From Octopus vulgaris (taxonomy: Eukaryota): a DNA stretch of 64,000 nucleotides. The position numbers were made by a program, and so were the translations under genes. The notes below the pieces were generated by a model, which saw only the letters and a list, made by a program, of their open reading frames with translations, had not been told where the DNA came from and made no database searches. The stretch is from NCBI GenBank assembly GCA_951406725.2, contig OX597826.1, positions 8,618,001 to 8,682,000 on the forward strand, read 5' to 3'. Positions 57,440 through 64,000 of the stretch are shown piece by piece. Position 1 is the stretch's first letter. The number at the start of each line of letters is the position of its first letter.

Positions 57440-57816
57440 TATATGAGACCCCGTCGGGTGGATTCTACTTGTAATTCAAATTTACAGCCTTGTCACACAC
57501 ACACACAGTGTCACGCTGACTCTGTCTGAGAATTGCGTTAAATATATAAATGTCTGGAATGCTCAGCCACTTATACGTTAATTCGGAAACAGGTAATTCA
57601 CTTGATCAAACAGCTGAATTCTCATCGTCGAACGGCGAAGTTCCACCACCACCACCACCACCACCACCACGGCAACCACTACTACAACCATCACCGCAAC
57701 CACCACCGCAACCACCACCATCGCCGCCACTATAATATAAAGGTGAAGCAGTTGATTCGATTACTTACAGAACTGCAGGCAATTTTCATAGAAACTTCGA
57801 ATTTGCCGAAAAGTCT

Positions 57817-57934
57817 TCTTTCATTCTACATTACCTCACTTGATTTGCTGGGTACAAGACAGTGAATCTCTTCTATCTTATTTTTGCTGTCTTCTACCCT
57901 AGTAAATGAAGTGAGGTAATGTATAAATGAAAGA
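57817..57934. repeat. 118-bp hairpin insertion with a 6-bp direct repeat (aagtct)
   Basis: tctttcatt..acattacctcactt..aagacag pairs with ctgtctt..aagtgaggtaatgt..aatgaaaga; aagtct at 57811-57816 and 57935-57940. Confidence 0.8.
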
Positions 57935-58288
57935 AAGTCTACGGGGATATTTTTCCTCTTATTCGTTTAATGCAGTGGAAACTGGTGTTTGACTCCGGAT
58001 ATAGTTTCGTGATGTTTTACAATTTAGCGGGAAATGGTGTTTATAACTGAAAGCGAAATGTCATTATTTAGAAAACAATTTCTTACACCTGCACACGGTC
58101 ACACATTTGGAAGAAAGGTTATCGTCCATTTAATCGACTCTGAACATGTCGAAGGTGGCGAAATGGCAGAGACGTTAAGGTATTGCAATAATCGAAGTTC
58201 AAATCACGCCGCCGATATCAAGTTCTTCTTTTCACCCTCTCGGGTCTAATAAAGTATCAGTGAAATTCTGAGATTGGTTCCACCCCAC

Positions 58289-58354
<66 letters not shown>

Positions 58355-60041
58355 TCAATCTTTCAATCGGTTATTCTGCGCTATGAGACTTGATCGTGGG
58401 GACCACGCACGGAGCACCTCTCTCTCCAATTAAAACTAATATACTATTTCTGAAACTGTCGAAAGAAGCAGATCTGTGGTGTGCAGTACGAAATAGAAAC
58501 AAAGAGGATTACATGATTGCTGAGTATTTTACTAACCTCAGTGTTGGGTTTTTCGCCCTCGTTTAAAAATGATAATGGGGACGAAAAGAGCAGTACCTGG
58601 CAAAAACAACAACATCGAGAACAATCTATAAGAGGATAGCACTGACTTTTATCCTTTACTTATTTCAGTCTTTGATTGCGGCCATGCTGGGACACCACCT
58701 TCAAAGGTTTTAATCGAACAAGCCAGGTTCTTATTCTGTCGGTATCTTTTGGATGACTAAATTTCAGGGACGTAAACTAACCAATACAGGTTGCCAAGTG
58801 GTGGTGGCTGCAAGCACAAACACAAAGGCACACACTCATAAATATATAAACACAAGTGTGTATGTATGTGACGGGCTTCTTTCAGTTTCCATCTACCAAA
58901 ACCGCTCAAAAAGCTTTAATGGGCCTGGGAGTATAGAACAAGATACTAAGGTGCCGAGCAGGAAGAAACATTAGCACTCTGTGCGAAATGCTTAGCCTTA
59001 TTTCATCTGTCTTTACGTTCAGAGTTCAGATTCCGCCGAAGTCAACTCTGACTTTCGTCCTTTCGGGGTCGATAAATCAAGTACCAGTTGCGTAGTGGGG
59101 TCGATCTAATCGACTGGCACCCTCCCCAGAAATTTAGGGCTTTTTGCCTTGAGTAGAAAAGAATATAGTACAAGACACTCGCCTAAGGTGTCACGCAGAG
59201 AGACTAAACCCAGAATCATGCAGTTGGGAGGCAATCTTTTTACCGCACAGTCCCGCCGGCGTTGTCTCTTAACATCACTAAAATAAAGATATAAAATATT
59301 GATGAATACCCGAGCAAGAATTACTTTGACTTAGTCAAATATCATGTTTTGTTGCTTTTTGTCTCCTATGAATAACTTATGGCAACTGTCTATACTACTG
59401 GTCGAGAAGCCATTTCATGTATACTCACAAACGAAGCATAAGTCAAATTGCCATCAGACAGATTCATCCAGATACGCGCGATACACGCATGCGCACACAT
59501 GACATGTCACACAAATGAAAACACTGTTATTCGGTTCTTGACTAAAAGGAGAATACGTAGTTTCAATTTGGTGCATAAAAACTACGTAAAATGGAGCCAA
59601 CGATTCTCTTTTTCATCTGAAACAAATTTTTAAAAATCAACTTCTATTCATTAGCAATGATAATAAGCTAAATAAAGGGTCGGATTCAATTCTTCAGTTC
59701 CTGTGAACAAAGCAGAAAATACATAAAGTGATATGAATGGAATACATTTCTATACTACATATATATTATACAGCGATGTCCCTGCCTAATAATAAAAACA
59801 CCCACAACGTATTGATACGTTGTGGGTCATATGTATTGATAAATACATAATCAAAATTTTAGAACTCATACATACAACATATGAAATACAAAAAATAACA
59901 CTTATATTCTGCAAGCCTATTACATACAATTTCAAAATGTCACTGAACATTCCCAAGGGACAGAGACACAGTTCTTTTGTGCCGTAAATCGCACGCTGAA
60001 AGACTACACTCATTAAGATTATTGGATAATAAAAATTATAT

Positions 60042-60159
60042 AACGTTTATATATTTGTTTTGCAAGATTTTTGATGTGAAATCGTGTGTTGAAACGTGAA
60101 GATATTGTATTTAGTGTGAAGATATTGTATTTAGGAATGGTCATTTTGCCAGTTTAGCC

Positions 60160-60197
<38 letters not shown>

Positions 60198-60609
60198 GTA
60201 GGTGTAAACACATGAACAAACTAAAAATAAACAAAAACAAATTACACGAACGTGTATAAACAGGGGACACAAATATTACTGGCACTCCCCCCACACACAC
60301 ACACACACACTAACTAAACATAGACACACATAGAGGTATACGAATGCGCAAATGAAGACACATACAATAGGAATACAAAATACAAAATGGCTGACGGTTA
60401 ATAGGGAGAGACACGCAAATAAGAAAGAAGAAAGCAAAGGACCACTGATGAGGGCAAAGAAGTGTGACGAAAGAACTCTGGCCGAAGTAAGATTAAGATA
60501 AAGATTAACGTAAAAAATAAATAACGCTGAAGCAAAGTAACACCAAATATATAGTGCGTGTGTTTTTATTGGCTAAACTGGCAAAATGACCATTCCTGAA
60601 TACAACAAC
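60042..60609 (+). mobile_element. Fold-back PLE-type insertion with an HHR-like motif (60440-60483) and 11-bp TSD
   Basis: Arms 60125-60164 and 60566-60605; cca-CTGATGA-gggc..gtgac-GAAA-GaaC-TC-tgg (stem II degenerate); TSD aaaaattatat at 60031 and 60610. Confidence 0.72.
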
Positions 60610-60937
60610 AAAAATTATATTGATATCGGTTTGTTACATTGTTAGCAAAGGTAAGGAATATTTGACCAAACCTTCCTTCCAGCAAAGCTGCTCGAAAAGA
60701 ACAAAGCTGCGTAGCTTTATATTTGTGCTTTTTAAAAGCGATTAGTTGCATATTTGAATATTCTCGAAGAATATTCATTCAAAATCAAGTGTACAATGGA
60801 ACTGTTCCATGATTTAGACTTGAATTTCTAGTATAAGCCACATTTCACATGTGTGTGTGTGTATGTTCGAAAGAAGTAAACGAATTACGCCGTGGATGGT
60901 CTTCTCATGCTGTTTCTAAATCACTATACGTTTATAG

Positions 60938-61265
60938 TGAAGACACGTGGCTTAGTAGTTAAGGTTTTCAGAGCACGATCGGATAGTCGTGAGTTCAATT
61001 CCTGGCGATGCGTTGTGCCCTTGAGCAAAGCACTTCATTTCACGTTGTTCCAGTTCACTCAGATGGTAAAAATGAGTTGTACCTGTAATTCAAAAGGGCC
61101 AACCTTGTCACATCCTGTGTCACGCTGAATCTCCCTGATAACTGTGTTAAGGGCACACATGTTTATGGGATGCTAAGCCACGAGCACGTTAATTACACGA
61201 AAAGGTTGTTCCGTTGATCGCATCAGCTGGAAAGCCTCGTCGTCGTAACCGACGGAGTACCAGTT
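60938..61265 (+). mobile_element. tRNA/CORE-like SINE
   Basis: Head like 7164 and 19194; tail like 35745. Confidence 0.8.
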
Positions 61266-61378
61266 AATACGCTTATTATTATATTACGTCACTGCCAACA
61301 TTGTGTGAGTGAAAGCCTTTCAATACACAGACAGTTGAGGACGGTGGGTTGGCAGATTCGCGAGAGCGTCGAACAAAA

Positions 61379-61926
61379 TATTTGGTTGTCCGGAAAGTTC
61401 GTGCTTACCTTTCGACTTATTTTAGAACATGGTTGAGTCCATAAAATAGGATTTGACTACACCTTTATTTAGAGCACAGTTTATGCTTTCTTTTCATGGA
61501 AGAAGGTTTATGTTCCTATAACCTGTGTTAATTCTGTAACCCTTTAAAATGGAAGATAAGAAAGTTCATTTTCGACACTTGATGCTTTGGGAACCAGACA
61601 AAAATTGCTGCAGCTCAGCTGGGATGTGTTACCCCACCCTTCATATTCACCAGATATTACTCCTTCGGATTTCCACTCATTCAGGTCCCTGCAAAATAGT
61701 CTTAACGGTAAAAATTTCAATTCCTTGGATGACGTAAAAAGATGAATTCTTTGCCATGAAACCATCTCAATTCTAGGAAGAGAGTATTTTCAAGTTAAAG
61801 GAAAGATGGAGACGCAGTGTGCAACAAAATGGTTCATATTTGGTTGATTAAAAATGTAATGGCAAGTATTTATTGACCTTTTTCTTACCTTTAAATATCG
61901 GCACGAACTTTCCGAACAACCCAATA
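61379..61926 (+). mobile_element. Internally deleted mariner (DD34D) nested at a TA inside a SINE
   Basis: TIRs TAtttggttgtccggaaagttcgtgc and gcacgaactttccgaacaacccaaTA; MEDKKVHFRHLML joined to QKLLQLSWDVLPHPSYSPDITPSDFHSFRSLQNSL. Confidence 0.92.
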
Positions 61927-62624
61927 CATTAAGGTACTTAATTACAAATCTTTACGTTCTGGGTTTACATCTCACCGAGGTCAACGTCGTCTTTCATCTT
62001 TCTGAGGTCGATAAAATAAAGTACTACTGAAGCAGCGGGTTCGATTTAATCGACAATGCTCCTCCCTCGAAAATTTTGTCCTGTACGTTTGTAAGATAAT
62101 AAATACATAAATAATATAATGCAGGTTGCTGAGAAAGCCAATGGTTTCGTAATTAGCAGTTAATTATATATTCTTTGATGATCTTAAAAACTCAATTCAA
62201 TGGCCACAATCTGCTACAGTCTCTTAACAAGCCAACACCTGAATCTCATTGTGGTCGTTCAACTTGACAGAAATAAATACCAGATTTACTTTCATGGTGT
62301 ATGTTGTCCGTGGGTGAATGCTAGTCATGCAATAGAGAGAGAGGGGGGGGAGAGATAGAGAGGAAGAGAGAGAGAGACTTTCTCTTATCAATCATTTTCA
62401 AATTATCTTTAGCCTAATACTTTCTTTTCTATTTACTTGTTTATTACATTCTTTGCAATACTATATCTTCACAAGTTAAGTTACATCAAAGAACATTCCT
62501 TTTTTTCTAGCGCATGAATCATTACTTATCGTTTCTAGTTCTATCGCTCCTTCTCTATCTCACTTTCTCTCACTCTCTCCATTTCTCTCTCATACATACA
62601 TGCATACCTACATACATATATATG

Positions 62625-62665
<41 letters not shown>

Positions 62666-62820
62666 AGGTATGTTTGTATGTATATCCACATACATATATA
62701 TATACATATATATGTATATGTCTGTGTGTAGTTATATAAATACACACATATGTATATACTAGAATTCATATAAATATACGTAACTATATATATTTGAATT
62801 CATATATATATGTATATATA

Positions 62821-62853
<33 letters not shown>

Positions 62854-63946
62854 ATGTATGTATATGTGTGTGTGAGTGTGTGTGTGTATGTGTGTGTGTG
62901 TGTCCATGTGTGTGTGTGTGCGTGTGTGTGTGTGTGTAAAAATGTTTGTATACATATATATGTATACATGTATACATATAGATTTATACATACCCGCACA
63001 CATTGAGAAAGAGAGAGAATGAGGCAGACACGTAACATTATATAAAACTAATTTCCGATAATTATTTTTTCAATTCATTTCCCTTTTTTCTTCTCGTTTT
63101 TTTTTTTTGTTTTTTTTTTATTTTAGTTGCTTCATATTTTTTACTTACGTTTTTCTTATCCTTTTCTTTTCTTTTTTTTCTTTCCCCAAAAGTTGCTACA
63201 CTATTGGAAATTGTATTAAAAAGCTGTCCAAGTGCTAAAGGGAGATATTCAATTTGAAAACCTATTGCGATAAATGTTCGATAAATTTCGGGTATAAGTT
63301 AGTGAAAAGTGTGACTTTTAACAGGAGTTACTTTACGTAAAATACTAATCATTGAAACCAGAATAAATGTGGTTTAGAAAACGATTAGTTTCATTGGTTG
63401 ATATGGTCGACTATTCTCACTCAACAAGATTTCTTCATCTCCTGACAACTAAAGAAAACAATTTATTTATTTCTTACCAGTTCTTCCTTTATTTTTTTAT
63501 GCGCAGAATTTTTGAAACGTTCCGATGCGGACCATTTTCGTAAGAAAAAATACATAAGTTACAATTTTTAAAAAAAAATCTATGTTAACTATTGAACGTC
63601 TTATAAAACCTGTTTTTTTTTTTTGTTGTTATAAATTAATTTTTTTTATATACAAGTAAGCAACAGTTTTTTTCCTCATAAATTTTCTACATCTTTAACT
63701 TTAAAACAAAGTTGTTTTTTTAATGTTAAATGTAATGTAAATTTACAGGTTTGTAACGTCTATGCAATGGAAAGTACATAAATTTAAATACATCTTGCTA
63801 TTCTCTCTGCACACAAACGAGCGAAGGGGATTGCTCCGATGGGTTTCATAACTAGTTGGCCGCTCTTCAGCTTTTTTCCTTAACTTTCCTTGAGAAATCT
63901 ATCAGTAAATGTTTTTATTCTCTTTTTTTTAATTCTCTCATCTCAG

Positions 63947-64000
63947 TTATATGACCAAATCAAAATGTCTGAGAACGATCGCAGTAGTGTGTTAGCAGTA
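63947..64000 (+). other. Possible exon start (host gene or TE), truncated by the window end
   Basis: Pyrimidine tract plus CAG at 63944-63946, then open frame LYDQIKMSENDRSSVLAV with CAAAATG at 63961-63967. Confidence 0.3.

Noticed and set aside
57911-57932. let-7-like tgaggta
   Set aside because: Only the first 7 nt match; the rest is unlike let-7.
63836-63873. HHR-like motif on - strand (CTGAAGA gcggc..gttat GAAAC)
   Set aside because: Weak stem II, and no stem I or stem III pairing.

Overview
Eukaryotic, AT-rich DNA saturated with microsatellites. The SINE, LINE and Penelope families strongly suggest a coleoid cephalopod (Octopus); this is inference from family resemblance. No complete host gene is visible, and almost all listed ORFs are artefacts of simple repeats. 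The real coding remnants are all transposon-derived: three Penelope-like (PLE) GIY-YIG fragments, CR1, RTE, Tx1 and RLE (R4/NeSL-type) LINE pieces, and Tigger/pogo, maT (DD37D) and mariner DNA transposons. The strongest signal is about 15 minimal type I hammerhead-ribozyme (HHR) motifs from at least 7 sequence families, some intact and some degenerate. Most sit in fold-back (inverted-repeat) insertions; three of these have 11-bp target-site duplications (TSDs). One PLE carries a tRNA-derived Pol III promoter between its GIY-YIG ORF and its HHR. The same tRNA+HHR module recurs as an ORF-less hairpin insertion, a candidate Penelope-mobilised ribozyme SINE. There are also two larger local inverted duplications, islands of unique possibly regulatory sequence, and a possible host exon at the window end. 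All alignments and folds were done by eye, and boundaries are approximate.
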